Source: Waterburya sp. (lineage in GTDB: Bacteria > Cyanobacteriota > Cyanobacteriia > Cyanobacteriales > Coleofasciculaceae). Taken from it: DNA of 64,000 nucleotides. The notes under the pieces were generated by a model. That model made no database searches and was not told the DNA's origin. It saw only the letters and a program-made list of their open reading frames with translations. Position numbers and translations under genes: made by a program. Positions 20,024 through 30,859 of the stretch are shown here, one piece after another (position 1 is the first letter of the stretch; every line of letters starts with the position of its first letter). The stretch is from positions 20,241 to 84,240 of the forward strand of contig DATNPV010000303.1 in the NCBI GenBank assembly GCA_036703055.1, read 5' to 3'.

Positions 20024-21961
20024 ATGAGCCAATTATTTCAAGATTTTCAGCCCATTGCTGCGATCGCAACAACCCTTACTGCTGCCCAACGATTGCAACC
20101 TTTGTGCCAAAGTACGGGTGCAACGCTTTGGATACCCGAATCTTTAACCTTTGAGTCTGCTCAAGTCTACACAGGTTCTCTCAAAGACCACATTGCCTCT
20201 GTGTGGCATCAGCACCGTGCCTTTGTGTTCTGTCTTGCTACTGGGGCAGTGGTGCGGTTAATTGCCCCTCTATTAGAGGATAAATCCCGTGACCCAGCCG
20301 TGGTTGTTGTCGATGAGAAGGGTCAGTTTGTCATTAGTTTATGTAGCGGACACCAAGGCAAAGCTGACCAACTGGCAAGGATGATGGCTCATCAATTGGG
20401 AGCAACACCCGTTTTAACCGGTGCTTCCGCTAGTTTAGGCTTACCTGGCGTGGATATGTTGGGTGTTCCCTTCGGTTGGCAACGAGGGGAGGGAGATTGG
20501 ACGGGAGTCAGTGCCGCTGTGGCGCGAGGCGAACGGGTTCAGGTAATTCAAGAAGCGGGTTCGACTCTGTGGCAAACTCATCTCCCTGAAGGGCATCCGT
20601 TTTACTTGGGATTGCCTGAATACACCGCTACAACGAAGGAGAAATTGCCTTCACCTCAAGCAAGAATTTGGATTAGTCCCACACCGCGGCGATTTTCCTC
20701 AGAATCTGACGTGCCCAAAGTCCAGTGGCATCCACGAGTGTTGTGGGTGGGCATTGGTTGTGAACGAGGGACATCTAGAGCGTTGATTGAAACGGCGATC
20801 GAGCAAGTTTGTCGGCAAAATCACTTAGCAGAAGGTGCGATCGCAGGAATTGCCACCCTTGATCTGAAAGCGGATGAAGAGGGGTTAGTTCAATTGTGCC
20901 GCGATCGCAACTGGCCTTTACGCACCTTCCCCCCTGAAGTTTTACGTTCAGTGAGTGTCCCCAATCCCTCAGCCGTTGTAGAGCAAGAAGTGGGAACTCC
21001 CAGTGTTGCCGAAGCTGCTGCACTGATGGGCGGACAAATATCTGATCTGTCAGGGGACAAGGGTGGGCAAGATGTCCATCCCACAAGACTGTTAGTAGCC
21101 AAACAAATTTTTAAACGAGAAGGACAACCGGGAGCAGTAACCGTTGCGATCGCACAAGCAGAGCTAGAATATACAGGTCGTACTGGTCAATTATTACTGA
21201 TTGGTACGGGGCCAGGGCAATTAGATCAGATGACGCCTGCGGCTCAAACGGCTGTATCTCTCGCTGATGCTGTCATTGGCTACTCTCTGTATATTGATTT
21301 AATTGCGCCTCTGCTGCGTCCGGGGCAGATTGTGGAAGCACTGCCCATTACACAAGAACGTCAACGGGCAGAACGGGCAATTGAGTTGGCACAGTGGGGT
21401 TTAACCGTCGCCGTTGTCTCATCGGGTGACTGCGGAATTTATGGCATGGCAGGGTTAGTCTTGGAGGAACTTCGCGCCCAAGGGTGGGATGGGAAGACAC
21501 CGGGAGTGCAGGTGTTTCCTGGAATTACGGCGTTGCAAGCAGCGGCGTCTCGTGTCGGTGCGCCGTTGATGCATGACTTCTGTGCCATTAGCCTGAGTGA
21601 CTTGTTGACGCCGTGGGAGGTGATTGAAAAGCGTCTGGTTGCCTCTGCCCAAGCGGATTTCGTGACGGCGTTGTACAATCCGCGATCGCGCACTCGCACT
21701 GAGCAGATTACTACGGCAACAACCATTTTCTTAAAATACCGTGACCCAATGACACCAGTGGCGATCGTTCATTCTGCCTATCGGCAAGACGAACAGATTA
21801 CCCTCACTACCTTGGAAAAGCTCCTCGATACGCCAATTGATATGCTAACTACGGTTTTGATTGGTAACCAAAGTACCCGCACCTATGGCGACTGGATGAT
21901 AACCCCACGAGGATATCTGGGTTTTGATGCCGACACGACTGAACAAAATCCACCGAGTTAG
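20024..21961 (+). CDS. cbiG-cobJ: cobalamin biosynthesis fusion protein CbiG (cobalt-precorrin-5A hydrolase) plus precorrin-3B C17-methyltransferase (CobJ/CbiH-type)
   Basis: N-terminal CbiG-like region; C-terminal tetrapyrrole methylase domain (LLLIGTGPGQLDQMTPAA...VAVVSSGDCGIYGMAG). Confidence 0.9.
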   Translation: MSQLFQDFQPIAAIATTLTAAQRLQPLCQSTGATLWIPESLTFESAQVYTGSLKDHIASVWHQHRAFVFCLATGAVVRLIAPLLEDKSRDPAVVVVDEKGQFVISLCSGHQGKADQLARMMAHQLGATPVLTGASASLGLPGVDMLGVPFGWQRGEGDWTGVSAAVARGERVQVIQEAGSTLWQTHLPEGHPFYLGLPEYTATTKEKLPSPQARIWISPTPRRFSSESDVPKVQWHPRVLWVGIGCERGTSRALIETAIEQVCRQNHLAEGAIAGIATLDLKADEEGLVQLCRDRNWPLRTFPPEVLRSVSVPNPSAVVEQEVGTPSVAEAAALMGGQISDLSGDKGGQDVHPTRLLVAKQIFKREGQPGAVTVAIAQAELEYTGRTGQLLLIGTGPGQLDQMTPAAQTAVSLADAVIGYSLYIDLIAPLLRPGQIVEALPITQERQRAERAIELAQWGLTVAVVSSGDCGIYGMAGLVLEELRAQGWDGKTPGVQVFPGITALQAAASRVGAPLMHDFCAISLSDLLTPWEVIEKRLVASAQADFVTALYNPRSRTRTEQITTATTIFLKYRDPMTPVAIVHSAYRQDEQITLTTLEKLLDTPIDMLTTVLIGNQSTRTYGDWMITPRGYLGFDADTTEQNPPS

Positions 21962-22305
21962 AGAACTCGATCAACGACAAAGTTAAGCACACTGGCAACA
22001 ATCGTGAGAACGATTGAACCGATTAAAGCAGGTAAAAAGCCGTACACATGAAAACCAGGAGTAATCGCACCGGCTATCCAAATTGTGATGGCGTTGATCA
22101 CAAACAGAAACAAGCCCAGAGTTACGATGGTGATGGGCAGTGTCAGGAGGACTAGAATCGGCCTGATAATCGCATTGACTAATCCGATGATCACAGCGGC
22201 TATCAGGGCAGCAACGAAGCTTTTGACTACAAAGCCGGATACCAAGTTGGCTGTAATGATCAGTGACACAGCCGTGATTAGCCAAGTCAACAAGAAATAT
22301 GGCAT
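21958..22305 (-). CDS. phage holin family 4 / DUF360 small membrane protein
   Basis: 115 aa, 4 TM. Matches PF04020-type sequences (LIAAVIIGLVNAIIRPILVLLTLPITIVTLGLFLFVINA). The stop overlaps the cbiG-cobJ stop by 4 nt (convergent). Confidence 0.8.
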   Translation of the reverse strand: MPYFLLTWLITAVSLIITANLVSGFVVKSFVAALIAAVIIGLVNAIIRPILVLLTLPITIVTLGLFLFVINAITIWIAGAITPGFHVYGFLPALIGSIVLTIVASVLNFVVDRVL

Positions 22306-22446
22306 AACCTATTAGGGAACAACGTCTACCAGTATCCTACTAGAGACTGACCCCTTCGTCCTTGACCTGTGCAACAGGTTTACTCTAGAGCTGGGTTAAG
22401 TTCACCTCCTGAGGCAGAAAACGTAAAACCTAGGTCATCGTCAAAG

Positions 22447-23588
22447 CTAGAAGCGGGGACAGGTAGGTGGTGTTAGGGTTGGGCTGGAGGATGTGACGGT
22501 AGCGGTGGTGGCGATGAGGACGACCTCACCCTGTTCGTTAATTACCCATTGATTGGCTTCCACAATGGGTGGTTGGGAAGTGACAACTCTTGGGGCAACA
22601 AACTCTTCACTCTGAATTCTGCTCACGGCTGTTGGAGTGCGTAAATCCGTCCATACTGCATCTGTGCTGACCACTTCGCTAGGATTATCCGGCAACCCAC
22701 CCCGTCCCGTCACGATAAATTCATTTTGAACAACGCTCCCCCCACCAGTTGGACAAGTTTGGGCAATTTGGTTAGAGGCATCCACCACATCGGTGGGTAG
22801 GTTCACCAAACCTCGACTGGGGTCAATATCGGGCCTATTCAGTCGAAACTCTCCAGTTAAGCCAAATTCAGAACTCACCGTGATGTCGTTTTTGGGTGTG
22901 AGTTGGGGTCGGAATTCGATACCAAACTGTCCTTGAGTGGTGATGTTAACTCGACCCCCATTACCCCGGACAGCGTTAGCCGTGATGTCGCTGCCTTTTG
23001 GCCCCGTCGGAGGTGTAGCAACGACGAAGGTAGAGTCAATCGTAATGTTGCCGCCATTGGCTTGATCGAGAGCATTGGCGGAAATCAGGCTTTCGTTGTC
23101 CATGCGTAGCAAATCTAACCCAGAAAGTGTGATGTTTGCTCCGCCTTCAGAGCTACTCTTCGCAGTTTCAGCGAAAAGTCTGCCTTGGTTAAGGAGTAGG
23201 GAATTGGCTCGGATAGTCATGTTACCGGCTTGCCCTTTAGGACTGCTCACCGTGACTTGCGCGCCATTTCGGACAGACATTTGCCTACTTTCAACGTTGC
23301 TCCCCCACTAATCCGATCAACTGTACCAGTCGATGTGACTCGAGAATTTTCATTGCCCAGTGTGGTATCGGGGATGATTTGAGCAAAAGCTAGATCTTCC
23401 CAGCTGACGATGAGGCCGAGTACGCTAACCAAGCTGAATGAAGTTATCGTTATCCCAAACTGCTGTTTTTGCTGATACCACCAACTGGCAGCTATTCCAG
23501 AGTGTACGCCTCCCAGTACCGCAGTCATTTTACAAGAGTCGAAATTGCGATCGCGCAAAGCGCAGCACCTAAGGCGATTGTTACTCAT
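22447..23588 (-). pseudogene. decayed FhaB/TPS-type (filamentous hemagglutinin N-terminal domain) secreted protein gene
   Basis: ORF 23247..23588 encodes a signal peptide plus the start of a TPS domain (AQIIPDTTLGNENSRVTSTGTVDRISGG), then stops. A second frame (22447..23280) continues with TPS-like GQAGNMTIRANSLLLNQG and FhaB-type GGNITI/GGRVNITT repeats. The total of about 380 aa is far shorter than intact members (>800 aa). Confidence 0.55.
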
Positions 23589-23850
23589 CCAATCAGGGCC
23601 GTGTTGAATGTGGAATAATTACGCAGCAAACTACCACAGCTTACCCCCTTGCACAGCGCTGCCTAATCTTTTGTTAATAAATTGATGAGTTCGCTTACTG
23701 CTTTGACAGAGAAGTGCCAACCCTCCAGACTTCCCCACCTTTTCCTAATTACTCTCTCCAAAGCAGGGTTGGCGGTTTAACCGTTCAATGCAACACTAAG
23801 CAAGTAGATGCGAAATCCTCCTCAATTCCCCAGCTCAGTGTTCATTCATC

Positions 23851-24351
23851 ATGATTTTTTGGCAACTAGCAGCATTTTTCTTGGCGATCGCGCTCTTGTG
23901 CTGTCCTCTACCCGCACAAGCACAAGCCACCAAATATTATCCTCCTCCCCTGTCCTACAGCAATGCAGAACTCACAGGCAAGGACTTTTCTGGTCAAACC
24001 TTACGGGCGGCTGAGTTTTCTAATGCTAATTTAGAGCGGACTAACTTTGCGGATGCCGACTTGCAGGGAACGATTTTTAGCGCCTCAGTCATGACTCAGG
24101 CGAATTTGCACGGAGCAGATTTAAGTAATGCGATGGTTGATCAAGTAAACTTTACCAATGCTGATTTAAGTGATGCGATTTTCACGGAAAGCATTTTACT
24201 GCGCTCCACTTTTAATAACGTTGATATCACGGGTGCAGATTTTACTGATGCGATTCTGGATGGTGCTCAAATCAAGGAACTCTGTGTAAAAGCGGCTGGA
24301 GTGAATTCAAAAACAGGCATGACGACTCGTGATTCTCTCGGTTGTCGCTGA
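23851..24351 (+). CDS. pentapeptide-repeat protein with signal peptide (thylakoid-lumen type)
   Basis: Signal peptide then tandem A(D/N)LXX pentapeptide repeats (ANLHGADLSNAMVDQVNFTNADLSDAIF). Confidence 0.85.
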   Translation: MIFWQLAAFFLAIALLCCPLPAQAQATKYYPPPLSYSNAELTGKDFSGQTLRAAEFSNANLERTNFADADLQGTIFSASVMTQANLHGADLSNAMVDQVNFTNADLSDAIFTESILLRSTFNNVDITGADFTDAILDGAQIKELCVKAAGVNSKTGMTTRDSLGCR

Positions 24352-24639
24352 TTGCCAAGTTCAAGAGACTAAGCTATGAAGCGTACCTCACTCAACCAGA
24401 AACCGCTATAAACTTAAAATTTTCTCAGCCAGTATAGCCATCTCCAATAAAGTTTAAAATCCTCTGTTCTCTTTCTCTGTGTTCTCTGAGCCTCTGTGGT
24501 TTGTTAGTTTCCATCAATCAAATAAAACTGCCACCTAACAGGAGCAACTCTTCCTGCTCCCCTTAGAGGAAGAAAAGTCAGTGAATAATAGATTAAAGTT
24601 AGAAAATATTAATTTTGAGGCAGTAGCACAAAAAAGATT

Positions 24640-25806
24640 ATGCGAGTTGGTATTATCGGTGGGGGACAGCTAGCTTGGATGATGTCAGGTGCAGCCAAGG
24701 CGTTGGAAATTGAACTGATCATTCAGACGCCTCATCCCACCGATCCAGCCGTAAGTATTGCCTCTGATACCGTCTTTGCCCCTATCGATGACGCTACTGC
24801 CACTGCCGAACTAGCATCTCGCTGCGAAGTCATCAGCTTCGAGAATGAATTCATTAACCTAGAAGCATTGATGCCTTTGGCAGAGCAAGGTGTTTGCTTT
24901 CGCCCTCGCTTGGAAGCTTTAGCGCCTTTGTTGGATAAATATGAGCAACGTTGCTATCTAGAGGAGATTGGCATACCCCAGCCTGGTTTTATGACGCTGG
25001 AGGGAGAAGTGGGTAACGAAGCGTTTACTCATGCCGCAGCGTTTGGGCAGCCCAATCACGTGGAAGAGTTAACGTTTCCCCTCGTTCTCAAAGCACGACG
25101 CCACGGCTACGATGGTCAAGGTACATTCATTATTAAAGATAGTAGCCGCCTACAAGAAATCTGGAAAAAGCTGGATTATAAACCCGTCATGCTAGAGGAA
25201 TTTATTCCCTTTGAGCGGGAATTGGCAGTGATGGCGGCCCGTTCAGTGACGGGTGATGTGGTAGTTTATCCAGTAGTGGAAACTCAGCAGGAAGAACAAG
25301 TTTGCCGCCGGGTGATTGTACCTGCCCAAGTGAGTGCTGAGGTGGCGGCAGAGATTGACGCGATCGCACGCAATCTATTAAACAGTTTGCAAGTGGTGGG
25401 TGTCTTCGGAATTGAACTGTTTCTCACCTCTGATGGCAAGGTATTGGTCAACGAAGTATCTCCTCGCACCCACAATTCTGGGCACTATACTCTGGATGCG
25501 TGTGGAACATCGCAGTTTGAACAGCAACTGCGGGCAGTGACAGGTTTACCATTGGGGAGTCCTGCCCTTAAATGCCAGGGTTCAGTGATGGTCAATCTTT
25601 TGGGTTACGAATATTCCCAAAACGAGTACCTAGAAAAACGGCAAAAGCTAGCAACCCTGCCGGGGGCTTTTGTTCATTGGTACGGGAAAACCGAATCTCG
25701 CCCCGGACGCAAGTTAGGTCATGTTACGGTTTTGCTGGACTCTCATGAACCCTCACAAGCGCTGCTTCAGGCTAAAGAAATCGAATCCCTTTGGTACACC
25801 CCCTAA
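24640..25806 (+). CDS. purK: N5-carboxyaminoimidazole ribonucleotide synthase
   Basis: ATP-grasp fold, MRVGIIGGGQLAWMM N-terminus, 388 aa. Confidence 0.9.
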   Translation: MRVGIIGGGQLAWMMSGAAKALEIELIIQTPHPTDPAVSIASDTVFAPIDDATATAELASRCEVISFENEFINLEALMPLAEQGVCFRPRLEALAPLLDKYEQRCYLEEIGIPQPGFMTLEGEVGNEAFTHAAAFGQPNHVEELTFPLVLKARRHGYDGQGTFIIKDSSRLQEIWKKLDYKPVMLEEFIPFERELAVMAARSVTGDVVVYPVVETQQEEQVCRRVIVPAQVSAEVAAEIDAIARNLLNSLQVVGVFGIELFLTSDGKVLVNEVSPRTHNSGHYTLDACGTSQFEQQLRAVTGLPLGSPALKCQGSVMVNLLGYEYSQNEYLEKRQKLATLPGAFVHWYGKTESRPGRKLGHVTVLLDSHEPSQALLQAKEIESLWYTP

Positions 25807-25881
25807 CCCTGCCAAGGAAAGAAACTTAGCTCCCTACCCTTACACCGTAAATCTGCTGTGAACAGAGGGTTGCTTTGCTGG

Positions 25882-26871
25882 CTAAACGTCTGGGTTCAAA
25901 TCCAGCAAGACTTTTAAAACTCCCTTAGTTTTTGCTCGTTCAAAGGCAACCAATCCTTCACTTAGGGGGTAACGAGCGTGGATGAGCGGTTCTACATCAA
26001 TCTGCCCTGAACTCAAGAGTTGAAGTGCTGGAGGAAAAGGACCACAGCGCGAACCCATGAGGGTGATTTCGTCTACAACTAAAGAAGAGGCATCAAACGT
26101 TAGCTGAGCGGCATAGGTGCTTTTGAGAACTAATGTGCCGCGTGGACGCAAAGCTCGTCGGGCGAGGGCAAACCCAGCGGGATTGCCGGTACACTCTACA
26201 GCTAGGTCAAATGCCCTGTCAGTAACGGCATCTTCTAGTCCCGTCTGAATCCCCCGCGCTGCCAAGTTAGCCAGCTTTTCTCGATGACGCCCGATAACCA
26301 GGAGATCGCAACCGGTCAGTGCTAGTGTCTGTGCCACCAGTTGCCCCAGTTTGCCATCCCCAACCACTAAAACCCGCTCCGAAGTACCCACCGTAACTTG
26401 CTGCTGAATTTCCAAAGCCGCTGCTACTGGTTCTGTAAAGGTGGCGACATCGGTTGATACGGTGTCGGGTACTGGATGCAAGTTCTCGACTGGCAAGGAA
26501 AGATAGTCGGCGAACGCTCCATTCCGGTTAACAATGCCCAGTACAGTCCGGTTTTCACAGTGAGTGGGCTGTCCGCTGCGACAAAATCGGCACTGTCCAC
26601 AAACGGCGTTAATCTCGCCCACTACTCGCTGTCCGAGTAGGTGTTCTGGCCCCTGTTCAACGATACCCACAAATTCGTGGCCTAAGATGCCAGTGTAGGG
26701 GTAATAGCCTCGGATTAATTCGAGGTCGGTATTGCAGATGCCTGCCCGCACAACGCGCACCAGTGCTTCACCGGGGGGTGGGTCGGGAATTGGGACATCT
26801 TGCCGTAGTTGCAGTTGGTTATTCTCCAGCCAAAGTGCTTGCATTGGGATTGATTTTGCAGGGAGAAACAT
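25882..26871 (-). CDS. zinc-dependent alcohol dehydrogenase family (MDR) oxidoreductase
   Basis: GHEFVGIV zinc-ligand motif, structural zinc CxxC..C cluster (CGQCRFCRSGQPTHC), Rossmann VVGDGKLG. Confidence 0.9.
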   Translation of the reverse strand: MFLPAKSIPMQALWLENNQLQLRQDVPIPDPPPGEALVRVVRAGICNTDLELIRGYYPYTGILGHEFVGIVEQGPEHLLGQRVVGEINAVCGQCRFCRSGQPTHCENRTVLGIVNRNGAFADYLSLPVENLHPVPDTVSTDVATFTEPVAAALEIQQQVTVGTSERVLVVGDGKLGQLVAQTLALTGCDLLVIGRHREKLANLAARGIQTGLEDAVTDRAFDLAVECTGNPAGFALARRALRPRGTLVLKSTYAAQLTFDASSLVVDEITLMGSRCGPFPPALQLLSSGQIDVEPLIHARYPLSEGLVAFERAKTKGVLKVLLDLNPDV

Positions 26872-26882
26872 TAAATAACATT

Positions 26883-26922
26883 ATCCCCGTAATCCCCGTA
26901 GGGGCGCACAGCGGTGCGCCCT
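26883..26922. repeat. tandem 9-mer (ATCCCCGTA x2) plus GC hairpin GGGGCGCAC-agcg-GTGCGCCC
   Basis: Seen directly, in the 5' leader of the ADH gene. Confidence 0.4.
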
Positions 26923-27013
26923 CTAAGATTCCATTTCCAACGAATGAGCTTGATGGGCGTATGCGATACGCCTCTACAGCAAAATTATCTTGCGATCGCG
27001 CACCAGATGCGGC

Positions 27014-27382
27014 TTACACGCCAACTAAATCGCGGCCTTCCACACCAGCGAGTTGTTGTGCGATCGCCATTCTCACTTCTAACTTTGCAACGCTGAATTG
27101 GTTACGCAGATATTCCAAGTGTGCGATCGCACCCGCTTTATCAGAAATCAAGCGCATCATCGTATTCTGCGCCGTTTGGTATTCTGGATCGACGCACAGC
27201 ACCTCAAAACGACGCCCTCGGCGCTGGTCTTCATTTTTCAAACCATGCTCGAAAGCAGCGATGCGGTCAGCTTTGCCTTCAAGACGGGCAATGTGCTGAG
27301 TAACAGCAGCAATTTGAGCGTCTAATTCATTAACAACTTGTGCCGCTTGTGCGATCGCGGCAGGGTACTGACTTAGTTTCAT
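27014..27382 (-). CDS. hypothetical protein (about 122 aa, helical/coiled-coil)
   Basis: ORF with cyanobacterial-like codon usage. Start taken at MKLSQYPAA...; the N-terminal extension in the track is probably not translated. Confidence 0.45.
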   Translation of the reverse strand: MKLSQYPAAIAQAAQVVNELDAQIAAVTQHIARLEGKADRIAAFEHGLKNEDQRRGRRFEVLCVDPEYQTAQNTMMRLISDKAGAIAHLEYLRNQFSVAKLEVRMAIAQQLAGVEGRDLVGV

Positions 27383-27609
27383 GTCTAACCTTGCAACAGC
27401 AGAATATATGGGTTGGGTGATTGGTAATTCGTGAAGAGTGAAGAGGAAAAACCTTGAATTTTGGGGAGTGCAGACGTTCACCGTCGGTTAAATCCTACCT
27501 CTCTATTATAGTATTTTTATACTGTTTTGGCAGGTGAATTCCTTGACCATCATCGGTTTGCGCCCTTCTGCCTCTGGGGACTTATGGCGCAGGAAGTTAA
27601 AATAATGCA

Positions 27610-28689
27610 ATGCCAAAATTCCCACCCAGACGAGCTAAAAGACAGAGAGACAGTGTGTGGCATCAGTTAACTCGCGGCGCACCTCTTGCCGTATTCGTCG
27701 CCACAGCGCTTCTGATTCTCTACCATCTGTTACCAGTGATAGAACTGGTCACGGTTGCTCTGCTTTTAGCTCTTATTCTGCGGACTACGTTGCGATGGTT
27801 GCAGAGAACTTTTAGGGTGCGCTGGGTAGCGGTGATGATCCTGGTGGGACTGATCGGAGGGTTTGTCTTATTTTTTGGGCTGGTAATGATTCCCAGCTTT
27901 GTGGGAGAAGCTCAAAATTTATCCTCGGCCTTACCCAAATATCTCAATTCTCTAATCAATCTATCTCGTCAGCTTCACAACCGTGCTAGTTTTGTCCCTG
28001 ACCTGTCTCAGGGGTTGGAGCAGTTGACAGATATTCTGAGGCGGTTAGTAAGTAACTTGCCATCATTCCTGAGAAGCACATTCAATCTTTCCCTGCAAGC
28101 CATTGCCACACTCATTCTTGCCCTTTACATGGCTTATGACCCGGATGCTTTGGTTGGAGGAATCATAAGGCTCACACCGCGTCGGCAACACGGGAGGATT
28201 AGACGGTTGCTGGAGTCTACCAAGGTTAGACTGCGTGGCTGGATTTTTGGGACAGGACTAGCCATGCTGATCGTTGGCTTTGGGGCAATTGTGGGGCTTT
28301 TGATTCTCCGAGTCCCTTTGGCTATTTCCCTGGGAATGCTGGCGGGTATGTTGGAAGTGATTCCCTATGTTGGCCCTATTGTGGGGGCAATTCTGCCTGC
28401 TTTGGTGGCACTCACGATTGACCCCACTAAGGCGTTACTTGTTTTGGTATATTTCTTGATTTTGAACCAGGTAGAGGTTCACTTTATTCAGCCCATCGTA
28501 ATGGCTCAGCGGGTGAAGCTGCATCCAGTCATGGTGATTCTTGCCTTTTTAGTGATGGGTGAGCTGCTAGGATTAATCGGCATCTTGCTAGCCGTTCCCA
28601 TTGCAGCAGTTCTAGTTACGATGGTGGATGAATTTACGCCCAAGGAACCCGTTGAAGAGGTAGCAATACCAGAAGACACGCAGACTTAA
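27610..28689 (+). CDS. AI-2E family transporter (PerM/UPF0118)
   Basis: 8 TM helices and the conserved C-terminal region (EVIPYVGPIVGAILPALVALT...LGLIGILLAVPIAAV). Confidence 0.9.
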   Translation: MPKFPPRRAKRQRDSVWHQLTRGAPLAVFVATALLILYHLLPVIELVTVALLLALILRTTLRWLQRTFRVRWVAVMILVGLIGGFVLFFGLVMIPSFVGEAQNLSSALPKYLNSLINLSRQLHNRASFVPDLSQGLEQLTDILRRLVSNLPSFLRSTFNLSLQAIATLILALYMAYDPDALVGGIIRLTPRRQHGRIRRLLESTKVRLRGWIFGTGLAMLIVGFGAIVGLLILRVPLAISLGMLAGMLEVIPYVGPIVGAILPALVALTIDPTKALLVLVYFLILNQVEVHFIQPIVMAQRVKLHPVMVILAFLVMGELLGLIGILLAVPIAAVLVTMVDEFTPKEPVEEVAIPEDTQT

Positions 28690-28778
28690 GGGTTCTGAAC
28701 AGAGGAGTCGTATCATGTCCGGTTGAATAGCTATAGTTTAGACAAGACAGACGCGGAGAAATTTTTATAGCTGCCGCC

Positions 28779-30659
28779 TCATTCCACCGGCTGCCAAAGC
28801 TTAATGGTCTTGTCCTTACTTGCGCTAGCAATCATCTGCCCCCTGGGACTTATCGCTACGCTAGAAACTGAGTCCAAATGCCCCTGAAGGGTAGCAAGTT
28901 CCTGCCCTGTGCTAACCTGCCACAGCTTAATCGCCTTATCCCAACTGCCACTGACGAGATTCTCTCCATCAGGACTAAAGGCAACTGTAACCACCGACCA
29001 CGAGTGACTTGAAAGAGTGTAGAGTACTGTTCCAGTTTGCCAGTCCCAAAGGATAATGGTCTTGTCATCACTTGCTGTGGCGAGTGTTTTGCCATCTGGA
29101 CTGAAAGTAACTCCAAAAACCGCCCAAGCGTGCCTGGAGAGAGGGGAAGATGTACCCAAAGTCAAGTCCCACAAGCGAACGGTGCGATCGCAACTGGCAC
29201 TGGCAAGAAAATTACCGCAGGGGCTAAAGGCGATGGCAGCAACTTGCAATACATGACCTCTGAGCGTTTTTTGTAGCGCACCAGTTTGAATATCCCACAG
29301 CTTAATCGTCTTATCCCAACTACCACTCGCTAAGACCTTACCATACGGGCTAAACGCAACAGACTTAACGGCATGGGAATGTCCAAAAAATGTGCAAATT
29401 TCCTGACCCTGATTTAAGTTCCATAATTTTACAGTTTGGTCATCACTGCCTGTAGCCAGCATTGTCCCATCAGGGCTAAAGGCAACCGACTTCACCCCTT
29501 GTGCATGTCCCGTGAGGGTCGAGATAACTTGGAATGTCTCTAAATTCCATAAGCGAATCGTTTTGTCCTCGCTGCCACTCGCCAAAAGCTTACCATCCGG
29601 CGTCATCGCTATTGAATTAATCGGTGAATGAGTGGCAAGAGTATGTAGGCATTGCCATAAAACAGGCGGAGGTTGTCGGGGTGATTCATAAATCGCCCCT
29701 ACAGGGTTTTTCTGCCCAAATTCAGGTAAATTCCCACTCTTGCTTGCTTCATTAATCGCCTGTATTACTTCATCAACACAATGAAAGCGGCGGGTGAGGG
29801 CATTTTGCAGCAGTTTGTCTAAGATTTGAGCGAGGCTGGTGCTGACATCTTGAGTTAAATAATCGCGCCATGCCCAACGATCATTAACCACATCGAATAA
29901 ATCAAAGGGAGGAATGCCCGTCAGTAGGTAAATGCAACTAACTCCCAAGCTGTAAAGATCACTAGCAAAAACGGCTTTTCCTCTTGCTTGTTCCGGGGCT
30001 ACATATTCCGGACTACCAATGCGAGTTCCTGCCTTCAGGGAATTCATTCCTGTCACCACTTTGGCAGAACCGAAGTCAACTAATACTAGCTGACCATTTC
30101 TGATCCCCTCCAATCCCTCCTTGCTAAGGTGGGATGCCGCAGGCGGAGGGGTACGGCGAATGATATTTTCTGGTTTAATATCACGGTGGATAATTTGATG
30201 CTCGTGGATAAACTTTAAAATGGGTAATATTTCATCGAAAAGCTGCCAAATCTGAGCCTCGGTGAATGTTCCTTCTTCCTCTACTACCTTTGCCAAGTTA
30301 GTGCCTTCAATAAACTCTTGCACTAAGTAGAGGTACTGGTCTTGTTCAAAGTGTGCCAGTAGGCTGGGGATTTGTGGATGCTGGCCTAATTCCTCTAGTC
30401 GCTGTGCTTCTTGGTGAAATAAAGCGATCGCTTTTTTTGCAGCTTCTGAGCAGAGATGTTTTGTCCACAACTGTTTCAGCACACAAACCGATTCCTGTTC
30501 ATCCACAGCAAGAAAGGTTCTGCTAAATCCACCGTGACCTATTAACTTAATCACTCGGTAACGTTCTTGCAGCAATAAATTAAAGCCGCATTCTTGACAA
30601 AATTGGTTGGTTTCGGAATTTTCCGGTTGTGGACAATCAGGATTTAAACAATAACTCAT
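28779..30659 (-). CDS. Ser/Thr protein kinase with N-terminal zinc ribbon and C-terminal WD40 repeats
   Basis: CxxC..CxxC N-terminus; Hanks kinase motifs (HRDIKPENI, DFG, APE); at least 7 WD40 repeats (GSWDKTIKLW etc.). Confidence 0.9.
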   Translation of the reverse strand: MSYCLNPDCPQPENSETNQFCQECGFNLLLQERYRVIKLIGHGGFSRTFLAVDEQESVCVLKQLWTKHLCSEAAKKAIALFHQEAQRLEELGQHPQIPSLLAHFEQDQYLYLVQEFIEGTNLAKVVEEEGTFTEAQIWQLFDEILPILKFIHEHQIIHRDIKPENIIRRTPPPAASHLSKEGLEGIRNGQLVLVDFGSAKVVTGMNSLKAGTRIGSPEYVAPEQARGKAVFASDLYSLGVSCIYLLTGIPPFDLFDVVNDRWAWRDYLTQDVSTSLAQILDKLLQNALTRRFHCVDEVIQAINEASKSGNLPEFGQKNPVGAIYESPRQPPPVLWQCLHTLATHSPINSIAMTPDGKLLASGSEDKTIRLWNLETFQVISTLTGHAQGVKSVAFSPDGTMLATGSDDQTVKLWNLNQGQEICTFFGHSHAVKSVAFSPYGKVLASGSWDKTIKLWDIQTGALQKTLRGHVLQVAAIAFSPCGNFLASASCDRTVRLWDLTLGTSSPLSRHAWAVFGVTFSPDGKTLATASDDKTIILWDWQTGTVLYTLSSHSWSVVTVAFSPDGENLVSGSWDKAIKLWQVSTGQELATLQGHLDSVSSVAISPRGQMIASASKDKTIKLWQPVE

Positions 30660-30859
30660 GAAAAAATAGGAGGGGCAAAGTATTTATTACTTACCCTTGG
30701 TAGAAAACTTCAAAGGATGAAATAGTCAGAAGGATGAAGAATGAATGATGTTTTATTCTTTATATTTCACGTTTCATATCATGTCCGCTTGATTACTCTT
30801 AATGGGAGAAGAACCTCTCCCCGCGCACGGGGAGGGGAGCCAATGCCGCAAGCTAACGC

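Noticed and set aside
25888-25912. tRNA-like T-loop motif GGTTCAAATCC
   Set aside because: No complementary acceptor or anticodon arms can be built around it, and it lies inside the 3' end of the alcohol dehydrogenase CDS.
26763-27299. 178-aa + strand ORF
   Set aside because: It overlaps the more protein-like - strand ORF (27014..27382) and the ADH 5' region, and is Ser/Arg-rich as expected of a GC-rich antisense frame.
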